From a virus, in IMG/VR virus record IMGVR_UViG_3300012347_000370, positions 1-58,850 of that record: a DNA stretch of 58,850 nucleotides. One strand, given 5' to 3'. A program made the translations under genes and the position numbers. Positions within the stretch are counted from its first letter, which is position 1. Each line of letters opens with the position of its first letter. A model generated the notes under the pieces. The model saw only the letters and a list, made by a program, of their open reading frames with translations, searched no databases and had not been told where the DNA came from. This document shows positions 1-8,508 of the stretch, piece by piece.

Positions 1-55
1 GCCAAGTCCGGCCTCGCTGTCGCCACCCTCACCGACGCGCAGCGCCGCAAGTGGA
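1..55. repeat. 55-bp end overlap identical to 58796..58850 (circular junction)
   Basis: nt 1-55 (gccaagtccggcc...cgcaagtgga) equal the last 55 nt of the window exactly. Confidence 0.95.
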
Positions 56-1275
56 TCGAGACGCGCAGCGCCCTGCTGTGGAAGGCGCCTGCCTTCACGC
101 ACATCCTGTTCTCCATGCTCAACCCCACCAAGGGCGAGCTGTCCGCCCTGTTCACCGACGCCGTGCCCATCGCCGCCACCGATGGTTCCAACCTCATCCT
201 CAACCCGGCCAAGTTCTTCGAGTTCTCCCTCGACGAGCGCGTGTTCATCGTGGCGCACGAGATCCTGCACTGCGTGCTCAACCACTGTGTGCTGGGCTAC
301 CCCATGCGCCGGTCGGGGCAGGTCAAGTACGCCGACGGCACGTCGATCCCCTACGACGCGCAGCTCATGAACGTGGCCATGGACCTGGTCATCAACGACA
401 CGCTGATCCACGACAAGATCGGCAAGTTCCCCACCTGTGGCGTGCACGACCCCAAGACGGCGACGCGCGACGACAACTTCATGGACGCCTACCGCAAGGT
501 CTGGAAGAAGAACGAGGAGAACGGCGGCGGCAAGGGTGACGGTACCTCGCAAGGTAACGGTCAGGGTGGCGGCTTCGACGTCATCCTCGATCCCGGCACG
601 GGTCAGGGTCAAGATCCTGGTCAGGCTGCTCAGGGTCGCTCGCAGACGGAGTGGGACACCGCTGTCGCTGCTGCTCTCGCCAGCGCCAAGGCGCAGGGCA
701 AGCTGTCGGCTGGTCTCGAGCGCCTGCTCAAGGAGATCGTCGAGCCCACGGTCGAGTGGCAGGATCACATCCGCTCGCTGTTCGCCCGCAAGATCGGTGG
801 CGGTGGCTACGACTGGCGCAAGCCCGACCGCGCACTCATCCTGCGCGACATCTACGCACCCCGCCGCTCCGGCAATGGTTGTGGCCCCATCGTGGTCGCC
901 ATCGACACGTCCGGCTCCATCGGCCAGCGCGAGCTGGATCAGTTCTTCGGCGAGATGAAGGGCATCCTTGACGACGTCCGGCCCGAGCTCATCCACGTCA
1001 TCTGGTGTGACGCAAAGGTGCACAAGGTGGACGAGGTCGAGGACAGCGCCGACATTTCCGCGCTCAAGCCCGCCGGTGGTGGCGGCACCGACTTCCGCCC
1101 CGTGTTCGACTACGTCGACGACAACGACATCCGGCCCGATGCGCTCGTGTATCTGACCGACATGCTCGGCTCGTTTCCCGACCAGTCGCCCGTCTATCCC
1201 GTCATCTGGGGCGACATCTACGGCCGCGTCACGCCGCCCTTCGGCGACGTCGTCGAGATCCCGATCCGCAAGTAA
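1..1275 (+). CDS. VWA-domain protein with N-terminal HExxH metallopeptidase-like domain (3' part; the gene starts at 58778 and crosses the junction)
   Basis: Frame 1 is open from nt 1 and in frame with ATG 58778 through the overlap. It has the motif VAHEILHCVLNH and a MIDAS-type DxSxS (VAIDTSGSIG). It lies beside the AAA ATPase at 57162..58259. Confidence 0.8.
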   Translation, partial: AKSGLAVATLTDAQRRKWIETRSALLWKAPAFTHILFSMLNPTKGELSALFTDAVPIAATDGSNLILNPAKFFEFSLDERVFIVAHEILHCVLNHCVLGYPMRRSGQVKYADGTSIPYDAQLMNVAMDLVINDTLIHDKIGKFPTCGVHDPKTATRDDNFMDAYRKVWKKNEENGGGKGDGTSQGNGQGGGFDVILDPGTGQGQDPGQAAQGRSQTEWDTAVAAALASAKAQGKLSAGLERLLKEIVEPTVEWQDHIRSLFARKIGGGGYDWRKPDRALILRDIYAPRRSGNGCGPIVVAIDTSGSIGQRELDQFFGEMKGILDDVRPELIHVIWCDAKVHKVDEVEDSADISALKPAGGGGTDFRPVFDYVDDNDIRPDALVYLTDMLGSFPDQSPVYPVIWGDIYGRVTPPFGDVVEIPIRK

Positions 1276-1324
1276 CCCTCCAAGGTAACGGGGCTGGGCC
1301 AATAACCCAGCCTCGCATCACACC

Positions 1325-1603
1325 ATGACAGATGACACATCGACCCTCGACATGCAGAGGGACAACGCCTTCGCAGACGCGCTGGTCGCCCTGTTCAAGG
1401 CGCATCCGATCCCCGAGTGGATGCACGAGATGCACCATGCGGTGCGCGGCTCCGCCCTCCGCAAAGCACGCAACGGGGGCTACCGGGACTATGCCGCTGG
1501 CGGGATGCTGCGCTGGCGCAAGCAGGTGGCCGAGAACGCTGAGCTCGACTGGAACGTGCCGCCCGAGCAGGTCGTCGCCATCCACGCGCTCATCTTCGGA
1601 TAA
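1325..1603 (+). CDS. Small protein, paralogous family member 1 (C-terminus ..VVAIHALIFG)
   Basis: ATG is preceded by ATCACACC. The C-terminal ALI[FY]G and the AFA(D/A)AL N-terminal block are shared with 2850, 3174, 56610 and 58302. The stop lies in TAACC. Confidence 0.75.
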   Translation: MTDDTSTLDMQRDNAFADALVALFKAHPIPEWMHEMHHAVRGSALRKARNGGYRDYAAGGMLRWRKQVAENAELDWNVPPEQVVAIHALIFG

Positions 1604-1620
1604 CCCAGAGAGGTAACACC

Positions 1621-1932
1621 ATGGCAGACACCGACGCGCGTGTCCCCGCTCTCCAACTCCTGCTTGCCGACGCCAGCGACGACACAAAGCGGGCGCTGAT
1701 CTACAAGGCGTTCCCCGACAGCTTCGTCATACTCAAGGGCGAGGCCGACAGGGTGGAGAAGTGGATGCGTGAGACACGCAGCTATCTCCAGACCATCTTC
1801 GACACGACCGACGGCCAGACCCCGCTCGGGATGCTGGCGGTGCAGCAGGTCCACCACAACGCTGACTGGGCCATCCGCGATCTGAGCAAATGCGCTCATG
1901 TGCTCGGCATCAAGATCGGCAACATGCCCTAA
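1621..1932 (+). CDS. Hypothetical protein (103 aa)
   Basis: GAGAGGTAACACC-ATG initiation region; the stop TAA lies in a TAACC junction motif. Confidence 0.7.
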   Translation: MADTDARVPALQLLLADASDDTKRALIYKAFPDSFVILKGEADRVEKWMRETRSYLQTIFDTTDGQTPLGMLAVQQVHHNADWAIRDLSKCAHVLGIKIGNMP

Positions 1933-1949
1933 CCCACAGAGGTAACACC

Positions 1950-2093
1950 ATGACAACCCCACCCTGCTCCACGCCGGAAGCCATCGCGCTCGGCTGCACC
2001 TGCCAGGTCTCCACCCACAACGGCAAGGGAGTGGTGTTCATCCCGCTGACCTGCCCTATCCACTCGCAATTCTACAAGTCCAAGGAAGAATGA
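1950..2093 (+). CDS. Small Cys-rich hypothetical protein (47 aa)
   Basis: ATG 1950 follows AGAGGTAACACC directly and is in frame with track ORF 1890..2093. Confidence 0.55.
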   Translation: MTTPPCSTPEAIALGCTCQVSTHNGKGVVFIPLTCPIHSQFYKSKEE

Positions 2094-2094
2094 C

Positions 2095-2265
2095 ATGACC
2101 TGGTTCCTCATCATCATGAACCTGTACGGTGGCCAGCCCACCTTCATCGAGATGCCCACCGAGGACGCTTGCCAAGCCGCCTTGCGTAGCACGGAGCTCG
2201 GCGCCCCGACCGCCGCCCGCGCGTGGTGCATCCCCGCTGGCGAGTGGCCGCTGGGGTCCGAGTAA
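2095..2265 (+). CDS. Small hypothetical protein (56 aa), paralogue of 17365..17574
   Basis: My translation is MTWFLIIMNLYGGQPTFIEMPTEDACQAALRST.. It shares the W-I-M..GG....E.C.AAL pattern with 17365. The stop TAA lies in GTAACC. Confidence 0.5.
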   Translation: MTWFLIIMNLYGGQPTFIEMPTEDACQAALRSTELGAPTAARAWCIPAGEWPLGSE

Positions 2266-2331
2266 CCCCGCCAGGTAAGCACCGCCGGTCCCGATCCTGG
2301 GTCCGGTGCCACCCTCCATTCCTCGAACATC

Positions 2332-2841
2332 ATGGACCTCAACACCTCCAAGGTTTTCAACCGCGCCATCGACAGCGTGCGCCTGCCCCTCGAACGCTTC
2401 ATGGCGACGGGCTTCTACGATCCCTTCACGCTCAACGGCTACGAGCCCGAGGACATCGCAGCCTTCCAAGTGCGCCGCGCCTGCCGCAAGCTCGCCAAGG
2501 AACAGAAGCGGCCGTTCATCCGCTGCCATGTTGTCGAGACGACGTATCAGTGGGACCACAACGCCGCTAAGTGGGTCAAGCTGGCCAAGCCCGGGTGGGA
2601 GTTCGGCTACGTCGAGGTGCCCAAGCGCAAGTATCTCGCCCCGCTCGTGGCGCCCCTGCTGCTGGCGGCACCCGACGAGATCGTTCCCCAGGGGACCGTC
2701 CTTGCAAAGGCCCCGGTGATACAGGTCGCAAGCAAGTCGCTGTGGATTTTCCATATCAGGGACTATGAGTTCTGGACGAAGTACTACGACTTCATCCTGA
2801 ACAACCCCGACTGCCGCAAGGCGCGGCGGCTTACCGCGTGA
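2332..2841 (+). CDS. Hypothetical protein (169 aa)
   Basis: Longest sense ORF with protein-like composition. The stop TGA lies inside the motif CTTACC-GCGTGA-GGTAAG. Confidence 0.65.
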   Translation: MDLNTSKVFNRAIDSVRLPLERFMATGFYDPFTLNGYEPEDIAAFQVRRACRKLAKEQKRPFIRCHVVETTYQWDHNAAKWVKLAKPGWEFGYVEVPKRKYLAPLVAPLLLAAPDEIVPQGTVLAKAPVIQVASKSLWIFHIRDYEFWTKYYDFILNNPDCRKARRLTA

Positions 2842-2849
2842 GGTAAGTC

Positions 2850-3158
2850 ATGGATGAGAAGCGCGCCGCCTTTGCCGCAGCGTTCGACGAGCTGTGCCTC
2901 CAGCACCCGCTCCCGCCGCTACCCTACCCCACCAACCGCAAGAAGCTGAAGCGCCTGAAGTGGCTCATGAAGAAGAGGATGAGCCGCGAGTACTATAGCC
3001 GCGCGCTGCGCGCTGAGACGCTGGTCACCGGACACGGCGGCAAGCAGTTCTTGCAATGGGAAATCAATATCCACGACATGAGGCGGAAAGAGATCGCCGG
3101 CGCGTGCAATCTGCCAACCGAGGCGCTGAACAGTGTCTACGCCTTGCTCTACGGATAA
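2850..3158 (+). CDS. Small protein, paralogous family member 2 (..VYALLYG)
   Basis: GAGGTAAGTC-ATG. It has the AAFAAAFDEL..HPLPP block and ALLYG end, followed by TAACCTTTGGAGGTAA. Confidence 0.75.
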   Translation: MDEKRAAFAAAFDELCLQHPLPPLPYPTNRKKLKRLKWLMKKRMSREYYSRALRAETLVTGHGGKQFLQWEINIHDMRRKEIAGACNLPTEALNSVYALLYG

Positions 3159-3173
3159 CCTTTGGAGGTAATC

Positions 3174-3410
3174 GTGACACCATCGGACCAAGACAAGCAC
3201 AAAGCCTTCGCTGCTGCGCTCGAAGGTCTGTACAAGATGTACCCCCTGCCCGATTACAAATACCCCAAGGTCATGTGGCAGCGTATCTACGACAGGGACA
3301 CGGCTATCCGCAACGCCCGCTCCGGCTGCCCCCTCTACATGATCGACGTCTTCGCGCACAAAGTCCCCCACGACAAGATCAAGGCGGTGCACGCCCTGAT
3401 CTATGGGTAA
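3174..3410 (+). CDS. Small protein, paralogous family member 3 (..VHALIYG)
   Basis: GTG 3174 lies 2 nt after GGAGGTAAT. It has the KAFAAALEGL..YPLP block and ALIYG end. The stop lies in GGTAACC. Confidence 0.7.
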   Translation: MTPSDQDKHKAFAAALEGLYKMYPLPDYKYPKVMWQRIYDRDTAIRNARSGCPLYMIDVFAHKVPHDKIKAVHALIYG

Positions 3411-3442
3411 CCGCTCAAGGTTACGTCCCCGTAACATAAGTA

Positions 3443-3471
3443 TTGACCGTAGGTTTACATAGTATTATCTT
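3443..3471 (+). promoter_or_regulatory. sigma70-like promoter (TTGACC-N17-TATCTT)
   Basis: Lies in an AT-rich gap after the GTAACC/GGTTAC hairpin at 3407..3424 and upstream of gene 3522. Confidence 0.5.
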
Positions 3472-3521
3472 GTGGCGAGTGCGGTCTGTTGCTTAGCTAA
3501 CCCGCCACCACGAGGTAACAC

Positions 3522-3854
3522 ATGAATGATTCTTGGACGGAAGCCGGACAGAAGTTCGATTCCGAGAAACCACCCGTCGACCTTCTGGATACTTACGCTC
3601 TCGAACAGACCGCGCTCGTGCTGGCGTTCGGTGCCCGCAAGTACGCCGCCCACAACTGGCGCGGCGGCATCCGCTTCTCCCGCCTGATCGGTGCTGCCAT
3701 GCGCCACCTGATGGCGATCAACCGTGGCGAGGACATCGACCCCGAGTCCGGCCTGCCTCACGCCGCCCACGCCGCCTGCTGCGTCATGTTCCTGCTGTGG
3801 ATGATGCACAACCGGCCCGACCTCGATGACCGTTGGAAGGGGCCGACCGAATGA
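3522..3854 (+). CDS. DUF5664-like protein (dATP/dGTP diphosphohydrolase N-terminal-type domain)
   Basis: KFDSEKPPVDLL..FGARKYAAHNWRGG..AAMRHL..GEDIDPESGLPHAAHAACC matches my memory of this phage family. Confidence 0.6.
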   Translation: MNDSWTEAGQKFDSEKPPVDLLDTYALEQTALVLAFGARKYAAHNWRGGIRFSRLIGAAMRHLMAINRGEDIDPESGLPHAAHAACCVMFLLWMMHNRPDLDDRWKGPTE

Positions 3855-4144
3855 CACCATCGGAACGCGCATGGCTTCAGGACGCGCGCCGCCACATCCG
3901 ACTGGCGCTGGTCAAGTCCGAGATCGGTGACTGGGACACGGTCGTTTTCTACGCCGCGCAGGTCGTGCGGATGAAGCCCTTCGCTCCCCGCCTGACCGAA
4001 GTCACCAACATGCTCGCCTCGCTCGCCACCACCGAGCCACCACAACTTCGCAGCAACGCAGCAATGCGGGCTGCCGCCATTCGCCGCCTCGAGGAAACCA
4101 AGACCCTCATCGGTGAAATCCTGGTCGCCACCACCGACCGCTGA
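3851..4144 (+). CDS. Hypothetical protein (97 aa)
   Basis: ATG 3851 overlaps the upstream stop (ATGA) and is in frame with track ORF 3833..4144. Confidence 0.6.
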   Translation: MTPSERAWLQDARRHIRLALVKSEIGDWDTVVFYAAQVVRMKPFAPRLTEVTNMLASLATTEPPQLRSNAAMRAAAIRRLEETKTLIGEILVATTDR

Positions 4145-4166
4145 CCCTTACCCACGGAGGTAACCC

Positions 4167-4916
4167 ATGGCCGTCTATTCCTATCGCATCATCAGCGACA
4201 TCGAGTTCAACATCCGGCAGGTCGCCGAGATGTTCTTCGCCCGCACCAAGCTGGTGCTCTCGCCCAGCGAGTTCATCGCCGCGTTCATCAACCCCGAGCA
4301 TGTCGAGAAGCTGCGCGACGTGCAGGAGCTCGTCGGCTTCGTCGGGCAGAACAGCATGGGCACCACGCTGGCGTCCACCACCGGCAGTCGATACGCCGCC
4401 GTCCTTACCTTCACGGGTAACGCCCCGATCATCATCCCGCAGTACGCAGGCATGGGCATCCAGCCCACCTGCCCCCCTGACGTCCTTGCCAAGATCGTTG
4501 GCTGGATCGACGAGCGCACACGATTCGGCGATGCGTTCGGCGACGTCACGGACGCTGTCTCCATGCTGAACGAGCAGTGCGGCGATGCGGCCGCCATGCG
4601 GGTCATGCTGCCCTGCCTACCGACCATCATGGCATCGTTGCACTCCAGCGACGACGACACCAATACCAAGCGCGCCAAGAAGGTGGCTCAGGCCAAGAAG
4701 TTCGGATCGCTGCCCCGCCTGCCGCAGTCGATCAAGCAGCGGCTCCTCGAAATCTCGGCCATCGTCAACTCGACCGCGCTGGTCAAGGACGCACCAGAGG
4801 TGACCGCCCCCGCGCAGCACGCAATCGTGACGGTCAACAGCCCGGCGCGAGGTGAGCCCGCCCGTCCGAGCCCGCTCTACGCTGGCGACGTCACCAAGGG
4901 CGCACGCTTCGTCTGA
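4167..4916 (+). CDS. Hypothetical protein (249 aa)
   Basis: TTACCCACGGAGGTAACCC-ATG initiation region; long sense ORF. Confidence 0.7.
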   Translation: MAVYSYRIISDIEFNIRQVAEMFFARTKLVLSPSEFIAAFINPEHVEKLRDVQELVGFVGQNSMGTTLASTTGSRYAAVLTFTGNAPIIIPQYAGMGIQPTCPPDVLAKIVGWIDERTRFGDAFGDVTDAVSMLNEQCGDAAAMRVMLPCLPTIMASLHSSDDDTNTKRAKKVAQAKKFGSLPRLPQSIKQRLLEISAIVNSTALVKDAPEVTAPAQHAIVTVNSPARGEPARPSPLYAGDVTKGARFV

Positions 4917-5122
4917 AAAAAGTGGCGCCGGCCCTCCACCACAGAGTCCGGCGCCGCTCGCCATAGCGAGAACCCCACGGAGGGTCGACACAGAATCTAG
5001 CGGTAACCGACCCCTGCGTCAACAATACCTAGAGAGGTAACCGTGCTGCCCGACATGCAGCCGTTCACCGGGCTTCATCTCGAGCACCACGCTCACAACA
5101 CCAACCCACGGAAGGAACTACC

Positions 5123-5560
5123 ATGTTTGGAAAACTCAAGGAGAAACTCACCGGCGGCGCGTCTCGTCTGAACGGCAAGACCGACCTGCTGGAAGGCATC
5201 TGCGCGGCCTGCGTTCTGGTCGGTGCTGCCGACGGCGACCTGTCTGACGACGAAGCGGCGGTGGCGCTGGACCGCCTCTTGAACCATGAGACGCTGTCCA
5301 AGGCGTTCTCCGGCACCCAGATCGAGACGGCCTTCGACAAGCAGGCCAAGCGCGCCAAGTCCGGCATGTCCGGGCGTCTGGGTCTGCGCCGCGAGGTCGA
5401 GGACGTGAAGGCCAAGTCCTCCGCCGAGGACTGCGAAATGCTGCTGGTCATCGCCATCGACGTGGCGGCGGCTGACGGCGACATCGGCGCCAAGGAGATG
5501 GGCGTCCTCCGCACCATCGGGCAGGCCATGGGCTTGGCCCCCGAGCGGTATCTCGCCTGA
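5123..5560 (+). CDS. TerB-like (tellurite-resistance TerB family) protein
   Basis: Two AADGD(L/I)-containing helical repeats (VGAADGDLSDDE.. and VAAADGDIGAKE..) are typical of the TerB fold. SD is GGAAGGA. Confidence 0.65.
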   Translation: MFGKLKEKLTGGASRLNGKTDLLEGICAACVLVGAADGDLSDDEAAVALDRLLNHETLSKAFSGTQIETAFDKQAKRAKSGMSGRLGLRREVEDVKAKSSAEDCEMLLVIAIDVAAADGDIGAKEMGVLRTIGQAMGLAPERYLA

Positions 5561-5712
5561 TGCTGGACCAACTCAAGGCCAAGGGGCGCGAAATCCTCGT
5601 GACCCTGACTGCGGCAGGCATCCTGCTCTCCGCCGCGCTGGGCGTCGTCGGCGACGCGGTGCTCATCCTCGTCACCGGGGCGCTGGGCTGGTTCCTCACG
5701 GACAAGAAGTGA
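5560..5712 (+). CDS. Small membrane protein (50 aa), translationally coupled to the TerB-like gene
   Basis: ATGA overlap with the upstream stop. My translation is MLDQLKAKGREILVTLTAAGILLSAALGVVGDAVLILVTGALGWFLTDKK, with two hydrophobic segments. Confidence 0.5.
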   Translation: MLDQLKAKGREILVTLTAAGILLSAALGVVGDAVLILVTGALGWFLTDKK

Positions 5713-5718
5713 AACCAT

Positions 5719-5740
5719 GCCGCCCTCTCACGGGGGCGGC
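5719..5740 (+). terminator. GC-rich hairpin after the TerB operon (no T-run)
   Basis: GCCGCCC..GGGCGGC stem immediately after stop 5712. Confidence 0.35.
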
Positions 5741-5764
5741 ATCCATAACCCCAGGAGGTAACCC

Positions 5765-6463
5765 ATGGCGATCAACTCGCTACCCAAGCGAGGCGACAGG
5801 ACGTCGAGCGCGTCGGCCGTCTGCGACATCTGCGACCACAGCGAAGTGGTTCGCGCCGACTACGAGAAGACCCACGCGGGCTTCAAGGTGAACGAGGGGC
5901 AGGTGGTGTTCCGCCTGACCCAGAACAATTGGTCATACATCAAGGGCGTGCTGCGCTGCCCCGAGTGCGAAGCAAAGCGCCGTGGCGACCAGCCCATCAA
6001 AAACAAGGAGGAACCCATCATGACCCAAGCGAACGACAACGTCGTGGCGATCACCCCCGCCGCCACCGAGGAACTGCGCCAGCCCTCGCGCGAGCAGAAG
6101 CGCCAGATCATCAGCCTGCTGACCGAGGTCTATGACACCAGCGCAGGGCGCTACACCGGCGGCGAGACCGACAAGACCGTGGCCGAGGCCATCGGCAACG
6201 GCGTGATGTTCGGCTGGGTCGCCCAGATCAGGGACGAACTGTTCGGTCCGGAGGGCGGCAACGAGGAGCTCGAGACTCTGGATGCCGACTTCAAAGAGTG
6301 GACCGAAGAAGCCGCCGCTGTCGCCAAGTCCTGCCACGACGACATCCAGAAGGCGCTTGCCTCGCTGCGCGACTACAACAAGCTGCGCGACAAGATCGGT
6401 GCGCTGTCCACCCGCATCGAGGCCCTGAAGACTGCCATCGGGCCGCGCGCCCGCAATGTGTAA
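5765..6463 (+). CDS. Hypothetical protein with N-terminal zinc-ribbon-like CxxC...CxxC
   Basis: GGAGGTAACCC-ATG; has CDICDH...CPECEAKRRG. Confidence 0.65.
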   Translation: MAINSLPKRGDRTSSASAVCDICDHSEVVRADYEKTHAGFKVNEGQVVFRLTQNNWSYIKGVLRCPECEAKRRGDQPIKNKEEPIMTQANDNVVAITPAATEELRQPSREQKRQIISLLTEVYDTSAGRYTGGETDKTVAEAIGNGVMFGWVAQIRDELFGPEGGNEELETLDADFKEWTEEAAAVAKSCHDDIQKALASLRDYNKLRDKIGALSTRIEALKTAIGPRARNV

Positions 6464-6482
6464 CCCTGCAAGGTAAGACCGA

Positions 6483-8327
6483 ATGAAGCAGATCGTCCTC
6501 GACTTCGAGACCTATTACGACAACGAGTACTCGCTCCGGAAGATGACCCCGGTGCAGTACATCCAAGACCCGAGGTTCGAGGTGATCGGCTGCGCGGTCA
6601 AGGAGGGTGAAGGCGAGCCGTTCTGGCTGACGTCCGACGAGCTCGCCCGTTACCTCGCGAGGTTGCCCGACAAGGTCGCGGTGATCTCGCACAACGCGCT
6701 GTTCGACATGTGCATCCTGTCGTGGCGCTTCAACTATGTGCCCCACCTGATGATCGACACGCTGGGCATGGCCCGGGCGTGGCTCGCCCACAAGCTCAAG
6801 TCCCTCGCGCTCGCCAGCGTGGCGACGCATCTGGGTCTCGGGGTCAAGGGCGACACCGTCTACAAGGTGGCTGGCATGAACACCGCCGCCATCCGCGCGG
6901 CTGGCTTCTACGACGAGTACGCCGAGTACTCCAAGACAGACGCCGAGCTCTGCTGGAAGATTTACCGCGCACTCATCGACCAGGGCTTCCCGGCAGGCGA
7001 GATCGCGGTCATGGACACCGTGCTGCGCTGCGCCGTCAAGCCGAGGTTTGTCCTCGACGCCACCATGCTGGCCGAGCACCTGCACCATGTGAGGGCGTCC
7101 AAGGAGTCCCTGCTGGCGCGCTGCGGGCTGGCATCTCGCGACGACCTCATGTCGAACGACAGGTTCGCCGAGGCGCTGCGGGCGCTGGGCGTGGAGCCGC
7201 CCACCAAAATCTCCCTGACCACCGGCAAGGAGACCTACGCCTTCGCCAAGACGGACGCGGCGTTCATCGACCTTGAGGAGCACGAGAACACCGACGTGCA
7301 GGCTCTCGTCAGTGCCCGCCTTGGCGTCAAGTCCACCATCGAGGAGACGCGCACCGAGCGCCTCATCGCCATCTCGCAGCTTACCTGGCCCGGTAACCGC
7401 CAAGGTTTGCTGCCGATGCCGCTCCGCTACTCAGGTGCCCACACGCATCGTCTTTCGGGCGACTGGAAGATGAACATGCAGAACCTCCCTCGCGGTGGCA
7501 CCATCAGAAAAGCGATCAAGGCACCGGATGGCTACAAGGTGGTCGCCTGTGACGCCAGCCAGATCGAGGCGCGCATCGCCGGCTGGTTCTGCGGGGCTGT
7601 CGATCTCACCAACGCCTTCGCCAACAAGGAGGACGTCTACTCGTCGTTCGCCTCGCGGGTGTTCGGCTACGAGGTCAAGAAGAAGACCCACCCCGTCGAA
7701 CGCTTCATCGGCAAGACCGCTGTGCTGGGGCTTCAGTACGGGCTGGGCTGGTCGAAGTTCCAGAAGACGGTCGCCATGCAGTCCAAGGCGCAGGTCGGGC
7801 AGGAGGTGAAGCTGGACGACATGGAGGCCACGCGGGTCATCCAGACGTACCGCAACACCTACTCCCAGATCCCGCAGATGTGGCGCACGCTCGACGCGCT
7901 CATCCCGCAGATGACGTCCAAGAACTGCTCGGTGCCGCTCGGCCCGCTGGTGTTCGAGTATCAGCGCGTCCGGCTGCCGTCGGGGCTCTACCTCAACTAT
8001 CACGACCTCCAGAACAAGGATGGCCAGTGGTGGTTTACCCACGGAGGTAAGCCCAAGTACCTCTACGGCGGCAAGATGCTCGAGAACATCGTGCAGGCGC
8101 TCGCCCGCATCTGCGTGATGGATGCGGCCGTCAGGGTCCGCAAGCGCATCGGCCAGCAGCTCCACCTCCAGGTCCACGACGAACTCGTCTACGTCGTCGA
8201 GGACCAGATCGCCGACTCGGTTCTGAGCGTCGTGCACGAGGAAATGTGCACCCGCCCGAACTGGGGTGTGGATATCCCGCTCGACGCCGAGGGTGATGTC
8301 GCCCCCTCCTACGGCGAAGCGAAGTGA
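6483..8327 (+). CDS. Family A DNA polymerase with 3'-5' exonuclease domain
   Basis: Exo I is LDFETYYD, motif A is ACDASQIEARI, motif B is KTAVLGLQYGLG and motif C is QVHDELVYVV. Confidence 0.92.
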   Translation: MKQIVLDFETYYDNEYSLRKMTPVQYIQDPRFEVIGCAVKEGEGEPFWLTSDELARYLARLPDKVAVISHNALFDMCILSWRFNYVPHLMIDTLGMARAWLAHKLKSLALASVATHLGLGVKGDTVYKVAGMNTAAIRAAGFYDEYAEYSKTDAELCWKIYRALIDQGFPAGEIAVMDTVLRCAVKPRFVLDATMLAEHLHHVRASKESLLARCGLASRDDLMSNDRFAEALRALGVEPPTKISLTTGKETYAFAKTDAAFIDLEEHENTDVQALVSARLGVKSTIEETRTERLIAISQLTWPGNRQGLLPMPLRYSGAHTHRLSGDWKMNMQNLPRGGTIRKAIKAPDGYKVVACDASQIEARIAGWFCGAVDLTNAFANKEDVYSSFASRVFGYEVKKKTHPVERFIGKTAVLGLQYGLGWSKFQKTVAMQSKAQVGQEVKLDDMEATRVIQTYRNTYSQIPQMWRTLDALIPQMTSKNCSVPLGPLVFEYQRVRLPSGLYLNYHDLQNKDGQWWFTHGGKPKYLYGGKMLENIVQALARICVMDAAVRVRKRIGQQLHLQVHDELVYVVEDQIADSVLSVVHEEMCTRPNWGVDIPLDAEGDVAPSYGEAK

Positions 8328-8330
8328 CCT

Positions 8331-8350
8331 GATGGGGGGAAACCCCCATC
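8331..8350 (+). terminator. Hairpin GATGGGGG-GAAA-CCCCCATC after the polymerase gene
   Basis: 8-bp stem with a GAAA loop, 4 nt after the stop; no clear T-run. Confidence 0.4.
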
Positions 8351-8397
8351 AAACCCCCGCCAAACCACCACCAAACCAGTATATAACAAGAATTACC

Positions 8398-8426
8398 TTG
8401 ACAGGTTATTACCGGGTTTCTACATA
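8398..8426 (+). promoter_or_regulatory. sigma70-like promoter (TTGACA-N17-TACATA)
   Basis: Lies in an AT-rich gap. The -35 lies inside ATTACC-TTGACA-GGTTAT, a copy of the genome-wide motif. Confidence 0.6.
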
Positions 8427-8508
8427 ATTACATGAAATGGGGCGGTTGACTGTTGATCAGTGATCATATTGTTCTTGAGTGCCCTCACCACGGGAGCTCA
8501 CGGAGAAG

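Noticed and set aside
1-55. The 55-bp identical ends as biological direct terminal repeats.
   Set aside because: The length matches a common assembler k-mer overlap and an essential-looking gene spans the junction. An assembly circularisation artefact is more likely, but this needs read-level confirmation.
5043-5185. GTG-initiated ~47-codon ORF directly after AGAGAGGTAACC at 5036.
   Set aside because: It runs into and overlaps the TerB-like gene out of frame, and its sequence is unremarkable. The motif copy here may be regulatory rather than an RBS.
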